43,689 bases of DNA from Octopus sinensis (Eukaryota), in NCBI RefSeq assembly GCF_006345805.1, contig NW_021834996.1, positions 1-43,689 of the forward strand, read 5' to 3'. The notes below the pieces were generated by a model that saw nothing but the letters and a program-made list of their open reading frames with translations, was not told the DNA's origin and did no database searches. A program made the translations under genes and the position numbers. How positions within the stretch are numbered: position 1 is the first letter of the stretch; the number at the start of each line of letters is the position of its first letter. This document shows positions 25,441 to 36,640 of the stretch, one piece after another.

Positions 25441-25929
25441 CACATACATGCATACATACACACACGCCACGCGTGCGCACACAATAAGCACGCTTCTGGT
25501 ACTTAAAGCCAGAGCATGCAACATTAAAAAAATCGATCCATATAATTGATTTAGACCGCCAGTAACATGTACCTTATTCTCAGCTGATTCTCATAAAATT
25601 TATGAGTATGTGCGTGTGTCTGTGTGTGTGTGACTCATATATACACACACACACATATATATATGGAGACATATATGCTCACCATACATACTTACAAAAT
25701 CTGTTATTGATGTTGAAATTCCAGTGAATCTCCAAATAGATACCAATAGATCTAGGTTAGAAACCGGCTCTTCTCTATTGGCAGAAATATTGAAATAAAA
25801 CTCAATAATGATACACATGCTTATATATATATATATATATCTAATATATCTATATATATATATATATAATATATATATATATATTATATATATATATATA
25901 TATATATTATAATATATATATATATATAC

Positions 25930-26130
25930 ATGTGGATCGTTGGCAATTTGTTTCCTCCGTCTTTCTTCTCTATTGGACTTTCCTCCGTCTCCTGTTTCTG
26001 ACGAAGAGCTTTGCTCGAAACGTAAAACTACTTTTCTTTCCTTCCCTGAGCGTCTGCTAATACTTTGCATGTACCACCCCTGTGTTGTTGTTTTTTCTTG
26101 TTGTGTTTATTTTTCGTTTTTTTGGGGTGG
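25930..26130 (+). mobile_element. Penelope-type pLTR copy 3
   Basis: (TA)n-catg-gatcgttggc, pyrimidine tract, hammerhead, ccctgagcg...gttgttgttttttc. Confidence 0.75.
25994..26028 (+). ncRNA. minimal type I hammerhead ribozyme motif with canonical core
   Basis: stem I GTTT(25994-25997)/AAAC(26025-26028); core CTGACGA; extra A; stem II GAGC-ttt-GCTC; GAAA; palindromic ACGT stem III; GUA cleavage triplet ending at 26024. Confidence 0.7.
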
Positions 26131-26139
26131 GGGGTGATT

Positions 26140-26183
<44 letters not shown>

Positions 26184-26189
26184 AATCAA

Positions 26190-26400
26190 ACGGGAAACAG
26201 AAAAAACAACAACAACGTGGAACAATTACAGTATTATTATTAATAGGCGCTCAGGAAGATGGAACAAGGAGGTATGACGTTTCGAGCGGAGCTCTTCGTC
26301 GGAAACATAAAGAAGGAAGAGAGAGGAAAGAAGATCCCAAAGTGGGCAACAAGAGATGGAGAAAAAAACGACTGGTGTTTACGAAGTACACATGGTGAAA
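26190..26400 (-). mobile_element. Penelope-type pLTR copy 4 with a hammerhead-like motif at 26272-26306
   Basis: minus: CCGACGA-A-GAGC-tcc-GCTC-GAAA-CGTC...cctgagcg...gttgttgttgttttttct. Confidence 0.7.
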
Positions 26401-26619
26401 GGCGGAAGTTTACGATAACAAGAGCAAAGTAAGTTTTTACGAACAGTAGTAGGCAGCAGACAGTGGTCAGTAGTAAGAAAATGAAGGAAGGAGGAAGGGA
26501 GGGAGGGGAAGGGGTGGGGGCGTATGTAACGTGCCAGCGTGTGTGTCCAGTGTCGTGGTTGTATTAATGGCAAGTAGATTTGAAGTGTGTGTAAGAGTAA
26601 TGTATATATTTAAGCAATG

Positions 26620-29060
26620 TGTGTGTGCGAGTGGGTGTATGTATGTGTGCGCGTGTGTGTAACAAAAAAGGGGGAGTTATAAGGAAAAAGGACTCCAGCT
26701 GAGGGGAAGATGGAAGAGTGGTCCCGCGGAGACGGGCGTGGGAGAACCCAACGACAGGCGACGGTCCCAGAAACGAGCGGGAGGTCATCGTCGGGTCCAA
26801 GAGCGAGGTGCATGCATGCGCGTATGCGTGCGCGAACCGGCGCAAGCGCGTGTGTGCGCGCGCCTGCGAGTGTGCGTGTAAGTATGTATGTGTGTGGATG
26901 TGTGAGTGTGTCTGTGTGTATGTCTGGGTGTCAGTGTGTCCGATGAATGTATGTAAGTATGTGTGTATATATGTGTGTGCATAGATGTATGTCCGTGTGT
27001 GTGTGTGTGTGGATGTGTGAGTGTGTCTGTGTGTATGTCTGGGTGTCAGTGTGTCCGATGAATGTATGTAAGTATGTGTGTATATATGTGTGTGCATAGA
27101 TGTATGTCCGTGTGTGTGTGTGTGTATGTGTATGAGTGTGTATGTATGTACGTGTGGGTGTGTGGGAGTGTGAGTATGTGCATGTGTGTGCGCGTACATA
27201 CAGGTGTGTGAGTGAGTGTGTGTGTGTGTATGTATGTGTCAGTGTGTATGTATATGTGTGTAGGATGCATGTATGTGTATGGGTGTATGTATGTGTGTGT
27301 GTATGTATGTATGTGTACGTGCGTGTGTGTGAGTGTATGCATGTATGCATGTATGCGTGTAGGTGTGCGCGTGTGCATGCATGCATGTGCGTATGTGTGT
27401 GTGTGTGCATGTGTGTGGGTATATATGTATGTGCGTATATGTGTGTATGTGCGTACATGTGTGTGTGTGTATGAATGTGTGTGTATGTAGGTGTGTAGGC
27501 GTGTGTATATAGGTGTATGTATGTAAGTATGTATGGGTGTGTCCGTGTATGTGTGTGTATGTATGTGTGTGTATGTAGGTGTGTGGGCGTGTGTGTATAG
27601 GTGTATGTATGTATGTCTGGGTGTGTCCGTGCATGTTTGTGTGTGTGTGTGTATGCATGTGTATGGAGGTGTGTGTGTACGTGTGTAATGTATGTGCGTA
27701 TGCGTGTGTGTGCGTGTGTATGCGTGCGTGTGTGTATGTCGGTGCGCATGTATGTGTGTGGGAGTGTAGGTGTGTGTGTGCGTGTGCGTGTTTATGTTGG
27801 TGTGTGCGTATGTGAGTGTAAGTGTATGGGTGTTTGTCATGCATGTGTGTGCGCGTGCAGGCGAGTGTGTGTGTAAGTATGTGTGTGTGTATGTTTGTGT
27901 GAGTGTGTATGTGTGTATGTCTGTGTGTATGTATGTGCGTATAGGAGTATGTAGGTATGTGTGTGTGTATGTGTATGGGTGTATGTATGTATGTGTGTGT
28001 GTGTGCATGTGTATAAGTATATGTGTGTGTGCGTATGTGTGTGTATGTGTATGTGTGTGTGTTTATGTATGTGTGTATGTATGTGTGTAGGCGTGTGTGT
28101 GTAGATGTATGTATGTATGTATGGGTGTGTGTCTGTGTGTGTTTGTGTGTGTGTGTAGGTAGGTGTGTGTGTCTGAGTGAGGGTATGGCTGTGTAGGTGT
28201 GCGTGTGTATGAATGTAAGTGTGTGTGTGTACAAGTCTAATGTATGTATGTAGGTGTGTGTGTGTATGTGTACGTGTGCGTGTGTATGTGTGTGTGTGTA
28301 TGCGTGTGAGTGTGAGTGTATGGGTGTATGTCTGTGTGTGTGTATGTATGTATGTGTGTGTGTTTGCGGGTATGTGTGTGTGTGTGTATGTGTGTGCGTG
28401 AGTAGGTGTGCGTGTATGTATGTGGGTAGGGATGCATGCGAGTGTGTGGGTATGTATGTATACATACGCACGCGCACACCCGAAGCAAGCCCACACACAC
28501 GAAGCGCGCTCACGCACACAACACACAAGCAATACAACGCAAGCCCATGGGGCCGACCAAGCCCCCAGCGCGCGCCAAGGCGCGCGAGCGCAAAGGCCCT
28601 CGAACGACCCGCTACGCGGGAACCGAGGTTCCATCAGCCAAAACCGGAAAGCAGAAAAGAGGGGGCTGCCTGGATGCAAAAAGGTGTATGTGTGTGTGCA
28701 TTCAGTGTAAGGGTGTGCATGTGTGGGTATGTATGTATGTGTGTGTGCCTACATGTATGTGTGCATGTGTGTGTGTGTGAAGTATGTAGTGCGGTGTGTG
28801 TGTGTGAGTGTGTGTGTATGTATGTGCGTATGTATGTGTGTATGTATGTGTGTATGTATGTCTGTGTGTGTGTGTGTGTAAGTATGTATGTGTGTGTGTA
28901 TGTATGTATGTGTGTGTGTATGTGCATGTTGGTTTGTATGTTAGTGTGTGCATGTATGTCTATAAGTGTGTGTGATTAAATGTGTGAATGTATGTACGTA
29001 GATGTGTCTACGTATGTGTGTGTGTGAACAGGCGTGTGGGAGGTAGGTAGGTGTGTGTGT
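26620..29060. repeat. 2.4-kb cryptic (TG)-rich tract with two GC-rich islands and internal duplications
   Basis: mixed tgtg/tatg/tgcg motifs; 115-bp near-perfect tandem duplication at 26891-27120; islands at ~26690-26830 and ~28465-28685. Confidence 0.9.
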
Positions 29061-29106
29061 GTGGGTGGTGTATCCGGGAAAAAAAAAAGGAAAAAAGAAG
29101 AGGACC

Positions 29107-30303
29107 TCAAGAGGAGGGGGCTGTGTTAAGTCCGTGTGGGGTAGTAGTTTGTAGGGTGAAGATGTAGCGTTGCTCCAAGTGGAACCTGGAAAGTGGGCGA
29201 CCATTGTGGGGGGCGAGACCAAACACTGAGATGTCATCTAGGGAATGGCCGGCCGAGCGGAAGTGGCGTGCGACGGGAGAAAAAGAGTGTAGGCGAACGT
29301 CCCTCAAATGTTCTGTGAATCGGTCGGACAACCGGCGTCCCGTCTGTCCTACATACAGCATCCCGCATAGGTTGCATTTAATGCAGTAAATAAGGCCAGA
29401 CGAGGTGCACGTAAAAGAGTGCCTAATGCGTACAGTATGCTGGTTGGAGCCGGTGACAGCGGTGGTGTTGGTGATGAAGGGGCAAGTGTTGCAGCGGGAT
29501 CTAGAGCAAGGGAATGATCCGTGTGGGGCTGAGGGGGAAGGAGAGAGGGTGCTGTGGACCAGGAGGTCACGCAGATTGCGGGCTCATTTGAAGGAGGACA
29601 GGGGTGGGTTAGGGAAAATGGGCGGGTGGTGGGATCAAGCTGGAGGCGACGGAAGGCACGTAGTATCTTGCGACGAAGGGGTAGGGTAGAGGGGTGGAAA
29701 AGGAGGGGAAGGGGCGGTTGGGGGGGCAGCTGGGGGGGGGGGCGGGGGAAGGAGACAGGGTGTTGTGCGGTCGATGCGACGGGGCGCGGTGAGGGCATCA
29801 GAGAGGAGTATGGGTGGGTAACCTCGGAGTCTGAACATGCGGGCCAGGTATTGAGATTGGTCTCGAAATCCTGGTCGCGGCTGCACAAACGTCGGAGGCG
29901 GAGGAACTGGGAGTAGGGGATGGCTCGTTTGGTGTGGAAGGGGTGGGAGGAAGAGAAGTTGAGATAGAGGTGGGAATCCGTAGGTTTAAAGAAGGCGGTG
30001 GTGGTGAGAGAGTTGGAGGGGTGATCGATGCGGAGAGAGATGTCAAGGAAGTTGACAGTGGTGTTGGAGATGGTGGAGGTGAATTGAAGAGAGGGGTGAA
30101 AGTTGGAAAGGAAAGAGATGAATTGGCAGAGAAGTTCACGGGAAAGGGAGGTGGCACCTATGCAGTCGTCGATATAGCGACCGTATAGTTCGGGGGTCGG
30201 CCCAGAGAACTGGGAGAACACTTGGGCCTCAATGTAGCCAAGAAAGAGATTGGCGAAATTGGGGCCCATCCTAGTTCCCATCGCGACCCCGGACACCTGT
30301 TGG
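29107..30303 (-). pseudogene. Penelope-like retroelement ORF remnant (RT C-terminal half, Cys-rich linker, GIY-YIG endonuclease), 5'-truncated, with about 3 frameshifts and one TGA
   Basis: QQVSGVAMGTRMGP, YGRYIDD, VNFLD, FKPTDSHLYL..SSHP, IPYSQFLRLRRLCS, CSRSRCNTC, LIYCIKCNLCGMLYVGQTGRRLSDRFTEH, E..YIFTLQT..PHGLN. Confidence 0.95.
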
Positions 30304-30377
30304 CGGTCTGGGAATCAAAACCGCGATCCTACAACCGCGAGTCCGCTGCCCTAACCACTGGGCCATTGCGCCTCCAC
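30304..30377 (-). mobile_element. SINE E tRNA-like head only, fused in sense to the Penelope fragment
   Basis: gtggaggcgcaatggcccagtggttagggcagcggactcgcgg...gattcccagaccg matches ~21810-21883. Confidence 0.9.
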
Positions 30378-30391
30378 ACATACACACACAA

Positions 30392-30424
<33 letters not shown>

Positions 30425-30428
30425 ACAA

Positions 30429-30459
<31 letters not shown>

Positions 30460-30570
30460 TCTTTTATTTTATCTTCTACTTGTTGCATTCGGCAGACTGC
30501 TGTCATGTTGGTGAACCATCTTGAAGAATGTTTGTCGAATGGACCGATCCAAGTTTTTAATTTTTGCTTT

Positions 30571-30860
30571 AAGCCTGCTACTCATTCTATCGTTATCTTT
30601 GGTCCCACCGCTAAGTTACGGGAACGAAAATGCACCAACACTGGATGTCAGGCGGTGGGGGATGGTGCGATTACAGACACAAACACATACACACACACGC
30701 ACACACATAAACACACACACATATATATATATACTTGACAGGCTTCTTTTAGTTTCCACCTTCCTAGTCCACTCGCAAGGCTTTGGTCAACCGGAGGCCA
30801 TATTAAAAAACACTTTTCCAAGGTGCCACGAGAAGGGATCGATCCCCAAACCATATGAAT
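30571..30860 (-). mobile_element. SINE A, degenerate and partial
   Basis: ccgctaagttacggga...(CA)n...caggcttcttttagtttcc...ccaaggtgccacg. Confidence 0.75.
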
Positions 30861-31863
30861 GAGAAGCAAAAACAAGTAAAAAGACAACAATTAAAGTCAG
30901 TTGCAAGAAGCCATAACTCATGTAGAAGACATCATGTAGAAATCACGCGGTTGCGAAGACAACTTTACCAGCCATGTAGCCATAGTTGCGTCCATTAGTT
31001 CTTAACGTTACAAATATTATAATCTCGTGACAATGGGTTCACTGGAGAATTCTTTCTCACAAGGCGATGGTGTTGGTGTAATTTAAAACTTTTAGAAGTT
31101 CTGGACAGTGTTGATTTCATTCCAAAAATTGGGAGTTAATAGACATAGAAATTATATTACAGACAAAAACTTCGTTTTCTGATACAGATTAGGTTATTTG
31201 ATATGGTAAAAGTCGACAATAGACTCTATTTAATCATCGATTTGAACTTCGAGTAATCATTTGGTGGTCACGTAAACTTAGGGGAGGTAGCATAGATGTA
31301 ACTAAGTTCGGGGATGAATATAACTAACTACAGTCGGCAGCACAGAGAAAAATTTGACGGAAACTCAATTAAGTTCTAGATTAATGACTTTTTAATTGCT
31401 GATGACGTAATAGATTAAGTATATCAATGCTGACAGCAAGTGTGTGGGTCTGTATGAAATATATGTGTATGAGTATGAGTGTGAGTGGCGTATGAATGCA
31501 TACATGTATGTACGTACGTATGCATGTGTCTACAAGTGTGGTCTATGATGTGTGTGTATATATGTGTGTGTGTATATATGTGTGTGTGCATGTGCGCACG
31601 TGCATGTGTGTAGGTGTATATATATATATATATGTATGTATGTATATATACGAGCACATGCGCGCGCGCACACGCACACACACATATATATATATATTCA
31701 TTGAATAGTAGAGTTATGGAGACTCACTTACACGACTTAAGGTTTCTATATTAACAATATGATGATTTCCACACTTCTTCAGCTGACGCATGTCCGGTGC
31801 CCGTAACACCATCAATTCTACGTACATATGTAGGTAGACAAACATTTAGAGAAACTTATCTAA

Positions 31864-31928
<65 letters not shown>

Positions 31929-31944
31929 CAAATATCGTACTTTC

Positions 31945-32011
<67 letters not shown>

Positions 32012-32044
32012 TGATATATATATAATATGCGTGTATCAATATAT

Positions 32045-33317
32045 ATGAGTTGAACAAAATAATGGAAACACCTAGCATCATAACATCATAATTTTTAAAT
32101 AACTATAAAACCGTCAAAAGTTTGTTTATTTTTATGGTTTTTGATTTATAATTAGTGCTGCTTAATAGTATTTTGCTAAAATTGCTGTTTCTTTTCAGAT
32201 ATCATCAGAAAAAGGTAATTAAAATTCATTAAAATGACAGATCGACCGGACTTTCAAAGAGGTCAAATTGCTGGTACTCAATAGGCAGGCGCTAGCGTAA
32301 CGAAAACAGCCAAAATGTTTGGTGTATCAAGAAGTACTCTCTCAAAAGTAGTGACAGCTTTTGAGAAAGCGGGACAAACTGCCTCTTTGAAACAAAGCTC
32401 TGGAAGAAAACCAAAACTTTCAGATAGGGACTGTCGGACTCTTACGCGAATTGTTAGAAAGGATTACAAAAGTACAACTCCTAAAATTACTGCAGAGCTT
32501 AATGACCACCTCGAGAACCCAGTTTCTCACAAAAACTGTTCGCCGGGAGTTGCACAAAGCCGGATTTTACGGGAGGGCTGGCATCAGAAAACCACTACTT
32601 TCAAAAACAAACGTTGCAAACCGTTCAGAGTGGAATAAAAACCTACAAAATTGGTCCCTAGAACAGTGGAAGAATGTTTTTTTCTCGGACGAGTCGTCCT
32701 TTATTTTATTTCCGATCACTGGCCGAGTATACGTGCAGAGACAGCCAAAAGAAGCATTTGTTCCAGACTATATTCTTCCAACTGCTAAACTTGGAGGAGG
32801 ATCTGTGATGATCTGGGGGTGGGGGCTATATCTTGGAAATCTGCCGGCCCAATGGTCTCCCTTCATGGCAGAATTAATAGTCAAGACTATTTAAGCATTT
32901 TATCTGATCAAATTCATCCTATAGTTGTGGAACTGTTTCCGGAGGGAAACGCAATCTTTCAGGATGATAATGAACCGATTTACACAGTTGTTACTGAATT
33001 GCACGAGGAACATTCTAGTGAAGTTGAACACCTTATCTGGCCACCACAGTCCCCAGATCTCAATATTATTGAAGATTTATGGTGCATTTTAGAAAAACAA
33101 GTAAGGAGTCTATATCCTCCACCATAATCACTACAAGAACTGGAGACTGTTTTAGCTGAAGAATGGACAAAAATTCCCTTGGGAACAATTCAAACTTTGT
33201 ACAAGTCCATACTTCGTAGACTTAAAGCTGTAATTACTGCCAAAGGCGGCCCTACACCATATTAAAATTAATTTGTTTGAAATTTTAAGGTGTTTCCATT
33301 ATTTTGTCCAACACCTG
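32045..33317 (+). mobile_element. near-complete Tc1-type DNA transposon
   Basis: TIRs gttgaacaaaataatggaaacacc (to 32072) and ggtgtttccattattttgtccaacacctg (33289-33317), flanked by TA. Confidence 0.93.
32234..33265 (+). pseudogene. Tc1 transposase with stops and frameshifts
   Basis: HTH region, GRKPKLS, FFSDES, GGGSVMIWG, FQDDN, WPPQSPDLNIIEDLW, AKGGPTPY*. Confidence 0.95.
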
Positions 33318-33547
33318 TATATATATATGTATCAATATATATGTATGTATGCACACGCACACAAACATATACACACATACAAACACTCACATATACAGAC
33401 ATTCATAAACACATATATGTGTGTATTTAAGTGTGCATGTGTGCATGTCTGTGTGTGTGGGGGGCGACAAACAAACACTGACGTACGCATGACCAAGGAG
33501 AGAAAACATCTGCAGCATTCTTGATTTAAATTTAAAGGCCAATATTA

Positions 33548-33870
33548 AGAAGCAGAAGAAGAGGAAGAAGAAGAAGAAGAAGAGGAAGAAGAAGAAGAAG
33601 AAAAGGAAGAAGAAGAGGAAGAAGAACAAGAAGAAGGGGAAGAAGAAGAAGAAGAAGAAGAAGAAAAGGATGAAGAGAAAGAAGAAAAAGAAGAGAAAGA
33701 AGAAGAGGAAGAAGAAGAAGAGGAAGGAGAAGAAAAGGAAGAAGAAGAAGAAGAAGAAGAAGAAGGAAGACGAAGAAGGGGAACAAGAAGAAGAAGAAGA
33801 AGAAGAAAAGGAAGAAGAAGAAAAGGAAGAAGAAGAAAAGGAAGACGAAGAAGAAGAAGAAAAGGAAGAA

Positions 33871-33905
<35 letters not shown>

Positions 33906-34176
33906 AGAAGAAGAAGAAGAAAAGGAAGACAAAGAAGGGGAACAAGAAGAAGAAGAAGAAGAAGAAAAGGAAGAAGAGAAAGAAGAAGAAGAAGAGGAAC
34001 AAGAAGAAGAAGAAGAAGAAGAAGAAGAAGAAGAAGAAGAAGAAGAAGAAGAAAAGGAAGAAGAGAAAGAAGAAGAAGAGAAAGAAAAGGAAGAAGAAGA
34101 AAAGGAAGACGAAGAAGAAGAAGAAAAGGAAGAAGAAGAAGAGGAAGAAGAAGAAGAAAAGGAAGAAGAAGAGGAA

Positions 34177-34211
<35 letters not shown>

Positions 34212-34355
34212 AGAAGAAGAAGAAGAAGAAAAAGAAGAACAACAACAACTCGTACTATTACGACTGCTACAACAACAAATACTACTACTACTACAACCAT
34301 TACTACAACTACTACTACAACTACTGCTGCTGCTGCTCCAGCAATACCAACAGCA
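33548..34355. repeat. ~690-bp (GAA)-based purine tract followed by (CAA)/(CTA)/(CTG) triplets
   Basis: direct reading. Confidence 0.97.
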
Positions 34356-34704
34356 ATGGCATCTCATTGGTAAAACCAGAAATTCTTCTAATTAAATTTC
34401 TCTGGTCATGTGACCTTTACTTTGAAATTTGAAAAAAAAGTCCTTTAAGTATTTTTTATTTTATAATTTTATTTATCTACTTCTATTTCCACCTCCGCAC
34501 CCCCCCCCACAACCAAACCTTTTTGTTTTGTTTTTTTACGTCTTCGTTTTATTTATATTTTACCTATTATTTATATATTTTTAATTTGGTCATTTCTCAA
34601 GATTCGTCTACAGATTCTATTTTCATTGATGTAGGTAACGATGTTCTTTTACCATAATTATATTTTCTTGCCTATCCCCATTTACGGTAAAAAATGTTGG
34701 CTAA

Positions 34705-34860
34705 TGACCGAAAGTGTACAATCACGAATACAAGAAAACCAAAATGAGGTTCTTCTGAAAGATCTCTGGAGTAACGTTACTGGACTCAGTGTGTAGCTCG
34801 AAGGTCAGGGAATCTCCTCAGATCGAGCCGCTACTTTTCCCATTGTGTGGCCACAGCCCC
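34705..34860 (+). mobile_element. RTE-type LINE RT C-terminal fragment
   Basis: VQSRIQE.KMRFF*.ISGVTLLDSVCSSKVRESPQIEPLL resembles RSRIQAAEMRFLRRI.GVT.LD.VRS..IRE.L..EPLL. Confidence 0.65.
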
Positions 34861-35048
34861 AGTACTGCGGACAGAGCCTGAAAGATTTTATGAATATGCC
34901 TGTTCAAGTATCATAAGAGTATGAAACTATTAGTAGCTCTTTCGGTTGTTTAGTTAATTTTATACATACATACATACATACATACATACATACATACACA
35001 CATACATACATACATACATACATACATACATACATACATACATACATA

Positions 35049-35273
35049 CTCTTTTACTTGTTTCAGTCATTTGACAGTGACCATGCTGGAGCACTGCCTT
35101 TAGTCGAGCAAATCGACCCCAGGACTTATTCTTTGTAAGCCTAGTACTTATTCCATCGTTCTTTTTTTGCCGAACCGCTAAGTTGCGGGGACGTAAACAC
35201 ACCAGAATCGTTTGTCAAGCAATGTTGTGGGGAGGGGGGACCAAACACAGTCACACAAACACACACACACACA

Positions 35274-35350
<77 letters not shown>

Positions 35351-35515
35351 TACGACGAGCTTCTTTCAGTTTCCGTCAACCAAACCACTCACAAGGCTTT
35401 GGTCGCCCTGAGGCTATAGTAGAAGACACTTGCCCAAAGTTCCACGCAGTGGGACTGAACCCGGAATCATGTGGTTGGTAAGCAAGCTACTTACTACACA
35501 GCCACTTCTACGCCT
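35049..35515 (-). mobile_element. SINE A, full length, with internal (TG)/(TA) microsatellite
   Basis: both halves match 6201-6872 in reverse complement. Confidence 0.9.
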
Positions 35516-35589
35516 CACACGGCCACTCCTACGCCTATACGTACATACATACATACATACATACATAACGACCTGCTCAGATGATTTCT

Positions 35590-35786
35590 TTACATTAGCT
35601 CACTCTCTCCATCAAACCGATGTTACCTGAACAGGTGCAAAATGTGCCACGCGTTAGGTGTCGAAGTATCGCAGAATAACGAGAGATGAAATGTTTTGCT
35701 CAAGAACACGACGCACCATCCAGTCTAGGAATTGAAACCACGATCTCACGATCATGAGCGCAACACCACTAGGCCACGCGCCCTCA

Positions 35787-35787
<1 letters not shown>
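35590..35787 (-). mobile_element. SINE family D
   Basis: minus: gggcgcgtggcctagtgg...gtttcaattcct...gtgttcttgagcaaaac. Confidence 0.75.
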
Positions 35788-35883
<96 letters not shown>

Positions 35884-36029
35884 GTCTGTCTGTCTGTCTG
35901 TCTGTCTTTCTGTCTGTTTGTCTGTCAATCTATCTATTCATGCCCACATACAAGCATGCATTTACAGTGAAAAAGTCTTCGGTCACTTTAAACTATTGTA
36001 AATTTCTACCAATTGCCAACATATAGGTA

Positions 36030-36640
36030 GATGTTTCGTATTCCTGAAGGCCTTCTGACATATTCTCGCTTAACGACCCACGTTACACAACGAAAACAGT
36101 GAAGTTTGGGGGTAGAAGTTTGATGCTTTGGGGATACATAAAAATCGATAGTTCAAGAAAGCTGGTTAAAATTGATGATAACTTCAACTGTGCCAAATAA
36201 ATCCAGTTGCTGAAGGGCAATTTGATACCAGACTTGGATGAAGATGAGATTTTTCAGCATGACAGATTTCCATGTACCAGGTCGCGTGCAGCACAGCAGA
36301 GTTTGGCTGATGAAGGTGTTACCATATTGAAAGATTGCCCAGCTCAGAGCCATGGCTTAAATATCATCGAGCAAATGTGGACAGAACTAAAGAGAAGAGT
36401 TTGTCAGAAGAATCCACGCAATCTTGAAGAATTGTAGGACCTTAACCACAGAGAATGGCATCTCATACCTGTGAAGGATTTGTACGCATCTCTTCCCAGG
36501 TGCATTGATGCAATTGTTCAAGCTAAGGAAAGCCACACGAAATATTAACAATGTACGGTAACTTCTTCAAATGAACATCATGTAATAAATTTTCATTACA
36601 GACATTTTATAGTTTTAAAACCGAAAACTTTTGCATGGCC
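36030..36640 (+). mobile_element. Tc1-type transposase 3' fragment (a different family from 32045)
   Basis: KTVKFGGRSLMLWG, IFQHD, CPAQSHGLNIIEQMW, KESHTKY*. Confidence 0.85.

Noticed and set aside
25730-25790. Possible additional hammerhead (gaaaccgg inside a ccaataga/tctattgg stem)
   Set aside because: No CUGANGA core in the correct position; at best a decayed motif.
29584-29586. In-frame TGA in the Penelope ORF as selenocysteine
   Set aside because: It falls at an expected Arg (FK-R-ARNLRD), fits CGA-to-TGA deamination, the ORF has frameshifts, and I see no convincing SECIS.
33670-34395. Poly-Glu/Lys ORF as an acidic protein exon
   Set aside because: Pure GAA repeat with no flanking complex coding sequence or evident splice context.
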